A DNA stretch of 62,471 bases, counting the filler. It is 6 parts of 6 records of this genome, joined end to end, with 100 filler letters (N's around TTAATTAATTAA, not from the genome) between each part and the next. Parts side by side here need not be neighbours in the genome. Positions count along the whole stretch, not along the records: positions 1 to 13,653 come from SRR31156797_10592; 5 more parts are not named here. One strand, 5' to 3'. Position 1 is the first letter of the stretch. Every line of letters starts with the position of its first letter. Below are positions 1-8,877 of the stretch, piece by piece. The notes below the pieces were generated by a model, which saw only the letters and a program-made list of their open reading frames with translations, made no database searches and was not told where the DNA came from. Made by a program: the position numbers and the translations under genes.

Positions 1-1
1 A

Positions 2-985
2 CGGACGATTCTTGAAGCGGATATCTGTGACCATGAACTCTCCCGGGGACTGATATCCGCCCTTGGCTGGCTCCCCTTTGACCGGATCACCAGGCATGTC
101 CGGCATCTGTTCTCCGGGGACGCCCCGGAACTCCGGCGCGTGGGGATTGCGGCATCCGCCGTCCATGGCCATGATCCGGGGCAGCCCCTGGAAGCCGCCC
201 TGTCGGATGATGATATCATGCTGAGGGCCCGTGCCCTCAAGGCGGTGGGAGAGCTTGGCCGGGAACGGCTCCTGCCGACACTGATGGCGCACCTGAATGA
301 CCGGGATGAAAAATGCCGTTTTTTTGCCGCCTGGTCTGCCGCAATGTTCAAGGCGCCCTCTTCCCTTCCGGTGCTGCAAAGCATTGCCGGGCAAGGGGAC
401 ATATATTCGGAAAAAGCCTGCGAAATGGCAATTCGCAACATGGCTCTCCATGACGCCCATGCCTGGCTGACGGATCTTTCCAGGCAGGAAGAGCTGCAAA
501 GGCTTGCATTAAAAGGATACGGCGCCCTGGGGGATCCCATGGCGGTACCCCTGCTGATCCGGGCAATGGAAAATCCGGAACTTGCCAGGGTTGCGGGAGA
601 ATCCATAGCCATGATAACCGGCGTGGATATCGCCTACGAAGATCTCGAGGGGGAATGGCCCCAGGGGGAGGAGGCCGTTCCCGGGGAAACAGCCGGGGAG
701 GAGGATGTGGAGATGGATCCGGATGAAGACCTTCCCTGGCCTGAACCGGAATTGATGGAACAATGGTGGAGCCAGAAAAAAAACGCATTTCAACCCGGCA
801 AACGGTATTTGCTTGGTAAACCCATATCCGTTGAACAACTGCACCAGGTACTTGGAAGCGGATTCCAGAGACAGCGGGCCCAGGCCGCAATCGAGCTTGC
901 CATGATCCATCCGGGGCAACCGCTTTTTGAAGTGCGCGCACCAGGGTTCGGGCAGCAGAGATTACTTAGACACCAGGGGCAATGA
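2..985 (+). CDS. TIGR02270-family HEAT-repeat protein (5' partial; family usually T6SS/PAAR-associated)
   Basis: Frame open from position 2 (..GLISALGWL..). Contains ARALKAVGELG, FFAAWSA, AGESIAMITG, DEDLPWPEP, RYLLG, QRQRAQAAIEL, all typical of TIGR02270. Confidence 0.75.
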   Translation, partial: RTILEADICDHELSRGLISALGWLPFDRITRHVRHLFSGDAPELRRVGIAASAVHGHDPGQPLEAALSDDDIMLRARALKAVGELGRERLLPTLMAHLNDRDEKCRFFAAWSAAMFKAPSSLPVLQSIAGQGDIYSEKACEMAIRNMALHDAHAWLTDLSRQEELQRLALKGYGALGDPMAVPLLIRAMENPELARVAGESIAMITGVDIAYEDLEGEWPQGEEAVPGETAGEEDVEMDPDEDLPWPEPELMEQWWSQKKNAFQPGKRYLLGKPISVEQLHQVLGSGFQRQRAQAAIELAMIHPGQPLFEVRAPGFGQQRLLRHQGQ

Positions 986-1012
986 AGCGCTTCCCCGGTT
1001 CAAGCCCCTCCC

Positions 1013-1933
1013 CTATTTAAAGAGTCTCTTGAACAGGGAGCGGGGTTTTTCCGGTTCCGGCTCCTTTTCCGGAGGCGCCGGAGGCGCCATATCCGCCCTG
1101 GGCTCGACAATTTCAGCAAGCCGACCACCGGCAAGGAACCGGAAGGTCGGCCCCTGGGGCGTCAGGTCAAGCCGGTCTTGCGGATTCAAGGGCGCCGCCG
1201 TTTCAATGGGCAGGGTGTTGATCCTCACCTGACTTTTACCGGTCAGATCCTTGATCCAGTAACTGCCCCCACTGAAAAAAAACTGGGCATGGCGGGCAAC
1301 AAGCATGGGATGCTCCAGTACCACCTCACAATCCGTGCCACTGCCAACGGTGACGGGAACCTCCTTGAACGACTGGAGCATGGGACCGTACTGGATCACC
1401 AGGGGTGCCATCACGACTTCCACGGCAACGCCTTCAACCTGGCCTGGCGGCGGGGCCGCCGGGGGAGGAGGAGAAACCGGGGGCGGGGCCGGGGCCGAAG
1501 GTGGAGGTGGAGCGGAAGCCGGGGCCGGAGGAGAAACCTGGACGCCGCCATTTCCGGAAACAGCCCCAACCGGTTGCGGCGACACACCCACCTCAAGCGG
1601 CGGACTCCCCTCTTCCATCCGGGTCAGGAAACTGACCTTGGGCCCGCCTTCGGTGAACATCAGCACATCGCCGTCCTTTAAAAACCCCCGGGAGACCCGC
1701 TGCCCGTTCAGATAGGTTCCGTTGGTGCTGGTATCAATAATCTCAAAACGGTTCCCCTCCCGTTTGATGCTGGCGTGCCGCCTTGAAATCACGGCAAGCT
1801 CCCGTGGAAAGCTGAGGTGACAGGAGGGGTGCCGCCCGATATCGATGGCCGGCTCACGGAACTCCTGGATGGTTCCCATCAGGGGGCCGTGGATATGGAC
1901 AAGCTGAACAATAATCCTGGGTACGGTTTTCAT
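1013..1933 (-). CDS. Dual FHA-domain protein with Pro/Ala-rich linker
   Basis: FHA1 is intact (IGRH..ISRRHA..STNGT). FHA2 is degenerate (VGSG..VARHA). PPAP/PPPP linker between them. ATG overlaps the upstream TGA. Confidence 0.85.
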   Translation of the reverse strand: MKTVPRIIVQLVHIHGPLMGTIQEFREPAIDIGRHPSCHLSFPRELAVISRRHASIKREGNRFEIIDTSTNGTYLNGQRVSRGFLKDGDVLMFTEGGPKVSFLTRMEEGSPPLEVGVSPQPVGAVSGNGGVQVSPPAPASAPPPPSAPAPPPVSPPPPAAPPPGQVEGVAVEVVMAPLVIQYGPMLQSFKEVPVTVGSGTDCEVVLEHPMLVARHAQFFFSGGSYWIKDLTGKSQVRINTLPIETAAPLNPQDRLDLTPQGPTFRFLAGGRLAEIVEPRADMAPPAPPEKEPEPEKPRSLFKRLFK

Positions 1934-3387
1934 CAATTATCACTTCTCTTGATCGTTTCCAGCCGCTGATAGAGCATTTGAGCCTTTTTGAGGTTCGGAC
2001 TCACCTCTTTGTAATCCGGGTCGAGATCCTTTACAAGCTGCCACTCGGCGATCGCCTCCTTGAGCTGCTCTTTGCCAAAGTGGTAAATGCCCATGGTATA
2101 ATGTTTATCCTTATAGGCACCCAGGGATTTCTCAATATACTCTGAACACTTTTCGCAGTCGGGATAGTTCTCCCTGGCCGCCTCGAAACTCTTTGCCGCC
2201 TCCAGGAATTCCTCCTTGGAATGGTGAATCAAGCCCTGCTGGAAATGGGCCTGGTAAAGATAGTCCAGGACCTTTGGATTGCCGGGATCCGCTTTTTTGG
2301 CCAAGTCAAACTCCAGGATGGCATCCTTATACTCCTTTTGACTAAAGAGATCCATGCCCTGGGCGAAATAGACCTCGACATCGTCAAAGCGCTCCCCGGG
2401 AGCCACCGGCGGTTCGACATCTTCCGGCACGGCCAGGGCCAGGGGCTCCTGAACGGCTTCATCAGGCTGGACCTCAGCGGCCTCGGGTTCATCAACCAGG
2501 GCCTCGTCGACCCGAGGCTCCTCAACCGGGAACTCGTCCACCGGGGGCGCCTCGACCATGGTTTCGTCAACCATGGCTTCGTCCGCCTGGATTTCCTCAT
2601 CCAGGGCCTCATCCGGGACAGGTATCACCGGTTCGACAGCCCCTTCTTCAACAACCGGTTTGCCGGTCTCCACGGGTTCAGGCGCGACCACAGGAGGCTC
2701 GGGTTTCTCTTTCTCCGGTGCGATCTCCTCCTGTGGTTTCACAGCCTTGGCTTTTTCAATAGAAGCGAGATAGGCGGCATGCCGCGTTTTAAGCTCGGCC
2801 ACGGAAATGCCGGCGATTTCGGGAATATTGACCTTCTGTCCCACGCGTACCCGGGTTGCGTTCTTCATGGCGTTGAACCTGGCGATCTGGGGATATTTTT
2901 TATAATCGCCATAGTAGCGAAGGGCGAGCCTGGAGATACTCTCTCCGGGGCGGATGGTGTGAACGATAAATTTCTTCTCCTCTACGACGGCACCGGCGCT
3001 CAGCCGCTTCTTTGCCCCGGCATGGCCCGGCCAGTTCTGGAGGGCGGCCAGGTACTCTCTCCTGGCCATCTCATATTTTCCCCGTTTGTCCAGGGCAAGG
3101 CCTCTTTCGTAATGGGCCCGTGCCCGTTGCCGCAACAACCGTTCCATCGCTTTGACCTTCCGTTTCGCGATCTCGCTCTTCGGCTTGATGGCAGCGGCAA
3201 GCTTGTACTCTTTTAGGGCGCTGGTAATGTTGTTCTCCTTTTCAAGGCGTTCGCCCGTGGAGAGATGCTGCTGGAAAAGGTTTTTATCCTCACGGGCCAG
3301 CTTTTTCTGCATTTCGGTGAGGGAGGCGCATCCGGATAGAATAAAGAGAACGAAAAGTAAGAAAACAGCACAACGCGATTTTTTCAT
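1933..3387 (-). CDS. TPR-LysM-TPR lipoprotein
   Basis: Lipobox ILSGC, TPR-like helices, LysM (HTIRPGESISRLALRYYG..VGQKVNIP), acidic linker, C-terminal TPRs. Confidence 0.8.
   Translation of the reverse strand: MKKSRCAVFLLFVLFILSGCASLTEMQKKLAREDKNLFQQHLSTGERLEKENNITSALKEYKLAAAIKPKSEIAKRKVKAMERLLRQRARAHYERGLALDKRGKYEMARREYLAALQNWPGHAGAKKRLSAGAVVEEKKFIVHTIRPGESISRLALRYYGDYKKYPQIARFNAMKNATRVRVGQKVNIPEIAGISVAELKTRHAAYLASIEKAKAVKPQEEIAPEKEKPEPPVVAPEPVETGKPVVEEGAVEPVIPVPDEALDEEIQADEAMVDETMVEAPPVDEFPVEEPRVDEALVDEPEAAEVQPDEAVQEPLALAVPEDVEPPVAPGERFDDVEVYFAQGMDLFSQKEYKDAILEFDLAKKADPGNPKVLDYLYQAHFQQGLIHHSKEEFLEAAKSFEAARENYPDCEKCSEYIEKSLGAYKDKHYTMGIYHFGKEQLKEAIAEWQLVKDLDPDYKEVSPNLKKAQMLYQRLETIKRSDN
2488..2613 (-). 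repeat. Degenerate 15-bp coding tandem repeat (VDExx pentapeptides)
   Basis: Encodes DEALDEEIQADEAMVDETMVEAPPVDEFPVEEPRVDEALVDE with 5-aa periodicity. Confidence 0.55.
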
Positions 3388-3393
3388 AACATG

Positions 3394-4389
3394 TCACCTT
3401 AACGAAACCGAATTAAAGGTTATCAACCGGGATACAAAAGATTTCATATCCCTTTTTAATATCATATCCCGCCTTAAATCAAGGGGATTTGAAAAAAAGG
3501 GGTTGGTTCCCCGCTCAACGGTAACAGCCATCTTGTATCCCGCCGTCTTTGCCATGGCAATGGTCCCGGCATCGGAGCGCCCAAAGGGAAAAGAGAAAAA
3601 GATCGTATCCTGGTCAAGTTCCCTGTCGATGATCTTTTTTGAGGTCTCAAGCTCGTGTTTCACCCGCTCCAGGAACTGCTCCCGGGTCTCGTGTACCCCG
3701 GGACGCGTCAGGTCGGAGTGGGAAACGGAATGGGAACCAATGGTGAATCCGGCGGCTTTCATCTCCCTGAGATCCTCCCAGGAGAGTGCCTTGGAGGAAA
3801 TACCGATGTAATCGGTATAGACGAAAAGGGTGGCGACAAAACCGTATCGTTTCAAAATGGGCCAGGCCACATCCCTGACTGAGCGATAACCGTCATCGAT
3901 GGTGATGATCACGGCCCGACTCGGTATCTGTTGCCGGAATTCGAGGAATCCCATGAGATCGTCCGGAGAAATCACATGGAAATTGTTCTCCTTGAGGTAA
4001 CGCATTTGCCGGTCAAATGCATGGGCCGGCATGTTCATGACAGAAGCCTTTCCTTCGCCGAACTTGTGATAACAGAGGATGGGCACCCCCTGGAACCCGT
4101 CTTCGTACAATCCGCCGGGCCGTGTCTGTTTAAGGGGAACGACCACCAGGTCGCCGGGCCTGAAACCGGTATTGCCGTTGGCCTCCCGGATGAGCCAGGC
4201 TTTACCGGCGTCGCCCCAGAAGCGCTCCGAAAGGGAGGCAAGGGTATCGTTGGTTCCCAGCCGGTAAAAAAGGTACTCATCCGATCGAAACTTGACCCCG
4301 CCCGCGGATAAACCGGTTCCGCACCCCGGCAGGACAAGGAACAGAACCCCAAAGAGCACTAGACAAAAGAGCCTTAAAGACACCATCAT
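3394..4389 (-). CDS. Polysaccharide deacetylase (NodB/CE4) lipoprotein with N-terminal LysM-like domain
   Basis: Lipobox-like VLPGC; DTLASLSERFWGD..G..VVVP LysM-like segment; PILCYH, TIDDG, GSHSVSH and FPFG CE4 motifs. Confidence 0.85.
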   Translation of the reverse strand: MMVSLRLFCLVLFGVLFLVLPGCGTGLSAGGVKFRSDEYLFYRLGTNDTLASLSERFWGDAGKAWLIREANGNTGFRPGDLVVVPLKQTRPGGLYEDGFQGVPILCYHKFGEGKASVMNMPAHAFDRQMRYLKENNFHVISPDDLMGFLEFRQQIPSRAVIITIDDGYRSVRDVAWPILKRYGFVATLFVYTDYIGISSKALSWEDLREMKAAGFTIGSHSVSHSDLTRPGVHETREQFLERVKHELETSKKIIDRELDQDTIFFSFPFGRSDAGTIAMAKTAGYKMAVTVERGTNPFFSNPLDLRRDMILKRDMKSFVSRLITFNSVSLR

Positions 4390-4700
4390 ACCGCTCCTGA
4401 AAAATCATGATTATCAAACCGAAGAGAGACACCGTCAGTCACCATAGCGATAGATCAGCCCCATGTCCAGTAAAAAGAGTCCTCCGGCGAAACAACCGCC
4501 TGAAGCCATGAAAAACGATTTCCCGAACAATTCCCCCTGGCCGGATACGATACACAATAACTAACTTGACATGAACATAGTTTTACGGGTAGTCTAAACC
4601 CAACGTTCACATCGTTTCACCAGGAAATCCATGGTATAACCGACCGGAAGGGTATTTTTATCACGGTCCAGCGCAGCAACCCTTGAAAAGGAACGTTCCG

Positions 4701-5564
4701 ATGACACTCACGAAAACCGGCGCGCCAGCCAAAACGATCAGCACCAGACTGCTGTCTGCCCTGATCATCTGGTTTTTATTTTTCACGCTCTGTTACGTTC
4801 TCCTCTTTTTAAAAGACGACCACCGCCAGGAAGAGCTGACCAAGAGCGGGATCTTTATATCAAAGGACATTGCAAGCCAGGCGGGCCTGCCCCTGCTCGA
4901 AAGGGACATAGATCGCCTGGGGGAACTTTTGAACGAGATTTCAGAGCGTCCCGGGGTGGTGTACGCCTCGATAATCGACCACAAAAACAAACTCATCGCC
5001 TACACGGACCAAAAGCAATTTTTAACCCTCAACCAGCGCGGATGGGATATCCTGGACGATGTCCAATACTCCAAGGCGATTGAAACAAACGATCGGACCG
5101 TGATCAACTTCTCTTCGGGCGTCACCTTTTCCGGGACCCGGATCGGAGAGGTCTTCATCTCCCTGGCAACCCGGAAGGTCACCGCGAAAAGACGGCTCTT
5201 CCTGGTGGCCGCGTTTTTATCCCTGACATCGATCATTGCGATATTTGTTACCTCCCGACAGGAGGCGGAACTGCCCCTGTGGATAAAGCTCAAGGCCCTG
5301 TTCCCCCCAAAGGAGGCTGCAAAGGAGGAGCCGGATCCGACACGTCTTGAAATCACCTGTCCCCTGTGCGGGGAAAAGAGCAGCGTTTCCTCAAAGGAGT
5401 TTGCACTGTTCAGCCTGAACCAGTTTCCAATTCTCAGGGCAACGACAGACGAAGAGAAACCAATTCTGTTGACCGATCTGAGCAAGGTCCGGGAGATGAC
5501 CTGGTTGAAACAAAGAATCGTGATGCAGTGTACTGAAATTATCAACAGACTCATCGCCAACTAA
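4701..5564 (+). CDS. Two-TM membrane protein with periplasmic sensor-like domain and cytoplasmic CxxC motif
   Basis: Two hydrophobic segments flank a domain resembling the kinase sensor (PLLERDI..ASIIDHK..IAYTD). CPLCG lies in the C-terminal part. Confidence 0.7.
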   Translation: MTLTKTGAPAKTISTRLLSALIIWFLFFTLCYVLLFLKDDHRQEELTKSGIFISKDIASQAGLPLLERDIDRLGELLNEISERPGVVYASIIDHKNKLIAYTDQKQFLTLNQRGWDILDDVQYSKAIETNDRTVINFSSGVTFSGTRIGEVFISLATRKVTAKRRLFLVAAFLSLTSIIAIFVTSRQEAELPLWIKLKALFPPKEAAKEEPDPTRLEITCPLCGEKSSVSSKEFALFSLNQFPILRATTDEEKPILLTDLSKVREMTWLKQRIVMQCTEIINRLIAN

Positions 5565-5578
5565 TCGGGAGAAAGTCA

Positions 5579-7207
5579 ATGTCCGTGACCGAAAAAGTAT
5601 CAACAACCATGACATGGGCAAAACAGGTGACAACCGGAACCTTCAAGAGTGTGACCGGCACCCTGCTGAAGAGCAGCTTCCTCAACAGGAACAAGAAGCC
5701 CCTGGCAATCTATGGGGCTGTGTGCCTGATCGCGGTGATCCTCTCCTGGCTCATGGTCCGCAGTGCCGCCACCGACTTTCGGCAGGAGTTCCTGAACAAA
5801 GCCGTTATCGCGGCAAATGCCATGGCGGAAAAGGTCCGCGCCCCCCTGCTGGAGAACGATATCCTGACCTTGAACGTGTCCATCGGTGAACTGGAAAAAA
5901 AGATCGCTCCGGTATTTGCGGGGATTCTGGACCATGAAGAGGTTGTCATAGCCCACAGCGACCCCGACGCCATGAACCTTAAGATGAAAGCGCCCGAAAA
6001 AACAAAAAAAATGGCCACCCTGAACGGGGTAACCGTGGAACAGGGAGTATTTCCCAAATATGGAAAAACCATCACCTTTTCCAAGGATCTCTTTTTCGCA
6101 ACGGTCAAGATCGGCACCCTTGTTTTCGGACTTGACGCCCAGATCCTTGCGAAGTCCAAGGCACGGTATCACCTGATACTCCTGGCCGTTCTGGTCCTGA
6201 TTTTCCTCATCTTCCTGATCCTGGTTTTCATAACCGACCGCCATCTCAGGAACAAGGCCGCCAAAGAACTTGAAGCCTTTGAAAATATGGAGAAGGTGGG
6301 GCCCTATATGTTGAAGAAAAAAATCGCCCAGGGCGGTATGGCCGAACTCTTTCTTGCCGACTACATCCGGGAGGACGGATTCAAGCGCACCGTTGCCATC
6401 AAAAAAATCCTGCCCCACCTGGCACAGAACCAGGACTTCGTTGCCATGTTCATCCGGGAGGCACGGCTTGCCGCCATGCTCCAGCATCCCAACATCGTCC
6501 AGATCTTTGACCTGATAAAATTGATGAACCTCCATTTCATTGCCATGGAGTATGTCAACGGAAAAACCCTGGCGGAAATCATGGCCCATGAGAAATCCGG
6601 GCTGCCCATGGACCTTGCCCTGTTCCTGATCCAGAAGATCAGCTCAGGCCTCGACTACTCCCACTCGAAAACCGATGACCAGACAGGAGCCCCCCTGAAC
6701 ATCGTCCACAGGGACATCAGTCCCCAGAACATGCTGATCTCCTTCAGGGGAGAGGTCAAAATCAGTGATTTTGGCATCTCCAAGGCCAGGAGTGAACCCA
6801 GTTTCACCCAGGCCGGGGTGATCAAGGGCAAAATTTCCTACCTCTCACCGGAGCAGGCCCTGGGCAAGGAGGTGGATCACCAGGCAGACATTTACGCCCT
6901 GGGCATCATCTTCCATGAGATTCTCACAGGAAAGCGGGTCTACAATTTCGCCAACGAACTGGAAGCCATTCGAACCATTCCCACCATTAAGATCCCGGCT
7001 GTAACGGAATTAAGGCCCGAACTGCCCCAAGCCCTGGCGGACATCATTGCCAAGTGCCTGGAAAAGAAAAAGGCCCGCAGATATCAGACGGCAAAAGAAC
7101 TCCATGACGACCTGGCAAGCCTGAAATCCGAACTTCAGATCTCGTTTGACGCAGCCAATCTTGCCGAGTTCATGGCCGAACGGTTTAAAGACGAGAACCC
7201 CTCCTGA
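5579..7207 (+). CDS. Membrane Ser/Thr (Hanks-type) protein kinase, TM-sensor-TM-kinase
   Basis: IAQGGMAEL, VAIKK, HPNIV, HRDISPQN, DFG, GKISYLSPEQ, DIYALG. Confidence 0.92.
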   Translation: MSVTEKVSTTMTWAKQVTTGTFKSVTGTLLKSSFLNRNKKPLAIYGAVCLIAVILSWLMVRSAATDFRQEFLNKAVIAANAMAEKVRAPLLENDILTLNVSIGELEKKIAPVFAGILDHEEVVIAHSDPDAMNLKMKAPEKTKKMATLNGVTVEQGVFPKYGKTITFSKDLFFATVKIGTLVFGLDAQILAKSKARYHLILLAVLVLIFLIFLILVFITDRHLRNKAAKELEAFENMEKVGPYMLKKKIAQGGMAELFLADYIREDGFKRTVAIKKILPHLAQNQDFVAMFIREARLAAMLQHPNIVQIFDLIKLMNLHFIAMEYVNGKTLAEIMAHEKSGLPMDLALFLIQKISSGLDYSHSKTDDQTGAPLNIVHRDISPQNMLISFRGEVKISDFGISKARSEPSFTQAGVIKGKISYLSPEQALGKEVDHQADIYALGIIFHEILTGKRVYNFANELEAIRTIPTIKIPAVTELRPELPQALADIIAKCLEKKKARRYQTAKELHDDLASLKSELQISFDAANLAEFMAERFKDENPS

Positions 7208-7225
7208 CCCCAAAGGTTGAGACCC

Positions 7226-7954
7226 ATGACACAGATACACTTGTTTGGACAGACGGACCCGGGACTGGTGCGCAAGAACAACGAAGACACCTTTTTCATC
7301 GATAAACAGCGGGGCTTCTGCCTGGTGGCGGACGGCATCGGCGGAACAAGCGGCGGAGAAATCGCAAGCAGGCTCTTTGTCGAGGAAAGCCTGACCGCCT
7401 TTACCATGCCCGATCCTTTGACCGAATCCCTTGCCGCGGACCTGATTCGCCAGAGTTTCCAGCGGGCCAATGCCGCCATCCTGGAGTATGCAGCGGCCAA
7501 TCCCGGCTGCCGGGGCATGGGATGCACGGCCGAACTGATCGCCTTTTTCCCGGACGGCTTTGTCCTGGGCCACATGGGGGACAGCCGCAGCTTCCGCCTG
7601 AGAAACAGCTCTTTCAAACAGCTGACCACGGACCACTCCCTGGTTCAGGAACAGCTGGACCAGGGGTTGATCACTCCAGAGGAAGCCAAGGCCCACTCTT
7701 TTAAAAACGTGATCCTCCGGGCGGTGGGCATCGAGGAACATCCCCGGCTGGACATCATCAAGGGCAAGGTGTTCCCCGGGGATCTTTTCCTCCTCTGCTC
7801 GGACGGACTCACAGACATGGTTTCACCCGACCGGATCCAGTCCCTGGTGGGCGGTCCCGGAACCCTTGAAGCAAAGACCGCGGCCCTGGTCACCCAGGCA
7901 AAGGCCAACGGCGGCAGGGACAACATCACCGTTGTGCTGGCCGAGATTCTTTGA
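7226..7954 (+). CDS. PP2C-family Ser/Thr phosphatase (Stp1/PppA-like)
   Basis: GLVRKNNED, VADGIGG, GDSR, DHSLV, LCSDGL, GGRDNIT. Confidence 0.93.
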   Translation: MTQIHLFGQTDPGLVRKNNEDTFFIDKQRGFCLVADGIGGTSGGEIASRLFVEESLTAFTMPDPLTESLAADLIRQSFQRANAAILEYAAANPGCRGMGCTAELIAFFPDGFVLGHMGDSRSFRLRNSSFKQLTTDHSLVQEQLDQGLITPEEAKAHSFKNVILRAVGIEEHPRLDIIKGKVFPGDLFLLCSDGLTDMVSPDRIQSLVGGPGTLEAKTAALVTQAKANGGRDNITVVLAEIL

Positions 7955-7968
7955 CAGGGCCGAATAAA

Positions 7969-8772
7969 TCAGACATCGAAGAGGTTTGACGTGTTTTCCA
8001 TGATCTGATCCAGGTGATCCCTCATCTGCTCCCGAAGATCCGTCAAAACCTGAAATTTGGGATGCTCCGTCTGCTCTTTCTCTTCAAGGGGCTTGAGGAG
8101 GTGAGCAAACAACTGGTCAATGGGTTGTTGAGCCTGTTGCTGAACCTTTGTCTCGTTCTTTTCCATCAACCGCGCCATTCTCTCCATGAGATTTTCACTC
8201 TGCTTGGCAATACCGGAAGCCGGGGTGGCTTCGGACCGGGGCATCCTGGTGTAGCTCTCCTGGGAGATCTCGCTCATCATGGTATAGGATCGCTGCATGT
8301 TGATATCGGCAGAAAATTCCGAGACCGTATCATACCCGGTCATGCCAAGGGCGGTTTCAACGGCCCCGTCCATGTCGCCATCCCCCATCTCAGCGAGGAT
8401 CTCATCCAGGCTTCCCAGCATGCTTTCAATATCATCCAGCTCCTGGTCGCTGAGATCGCCTTTTACCGAAAAGGTGAAGGAAGACCCGGACTCCAGGGTC
8501 ATGGTTCTGGAGCTGTAATGGGCCATGGCCCCGGAGGAACCATTGACGATCTTCCCCCTCTGGTCATAGGAAGATGCGTTCAACTCGGAAAACGAAGCAG
8601 CATTGATGGTGACCACATCCCCATCCTTGGTTTTCAGGGAAAGATCGACACTGCTGCTTTCGGATGCGGACAGGGAATGCCGCTCGGAAGACCTGAAACC
8701 TGACTCGGCCAGGGAACGGTTGGGATTGCCATGGCCGGACAATGCCTGGGAGTACGGTGAAATACTGTTCAT
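7969..8772 (-). CDS. Hypothetical Ser-rich protein, probably sigma28 (flagellar) regulon
   Basis: AGGAG RBS 8 nt before the ATG; LSLKTKDGDVVTI and FSVKGDLSDQEL motifs; FliA-like promoter upstream. Confidence 0.65.
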   Translation of the reverse strand: MNSISPYSQALSGHGNPNRSLAESGFRSSERHSLSASESSSVDLSLKTKDGDVVTINAASFSELNASSYDQRGKIVNGSSGAMAHYSSRTMTLESGSSFTFSVKGDLSDQELDDIESMLGSLDEILAEMGDGDMDGAVETALGMTGYDTVSEFSADINMQRSYTMMSEISQESYTRMPRSEATPASGIAKQSENLMERMARLMEKNETKVQQQAQQPIDQLFAHLLKPLEEKEQTEHPKFQVLTDLREQMRDHLDQIMENTSNLFDV

Positions 8773-8845
8773 GATAAACACTCCTTTTTGGGGGTCAGAA
8801 ACAAAACCACGACCCGGTATGGTCTGAATTGCGTTGCTCCCGTTT

Positions 8846-8874
8846 CTATCGGCAACTCCCCCGACAAACGTTAG
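8846..8874 (-). promoter_or_regulatory. Putative sigma28 (FliA) promoter
   Basis: Minus strand reads CTAACGTTT-N12-GCCGATAG versus consensus TAAAGTTT-N11-GCCGATAA; the spacer is 1 nt long. Confidence 0.55.
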
Positions 8875-8877
8875 CGT

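Noticed and set aside
1440-1545. G-rich low-complexity tract as a possible G-quadruplex or repeat element
   Set aside because: Fully explained by the Pro/Ala codons of the FHA linker on the minus strand.
2221-3216. 331-aa ORF, and similar long overlapping ORFs (5600-6589, 8950-9720, 11569-12246)
   Set aside because: Antisense shadows of well-supported genes in GC-rich DNA, with no motifs of their own.
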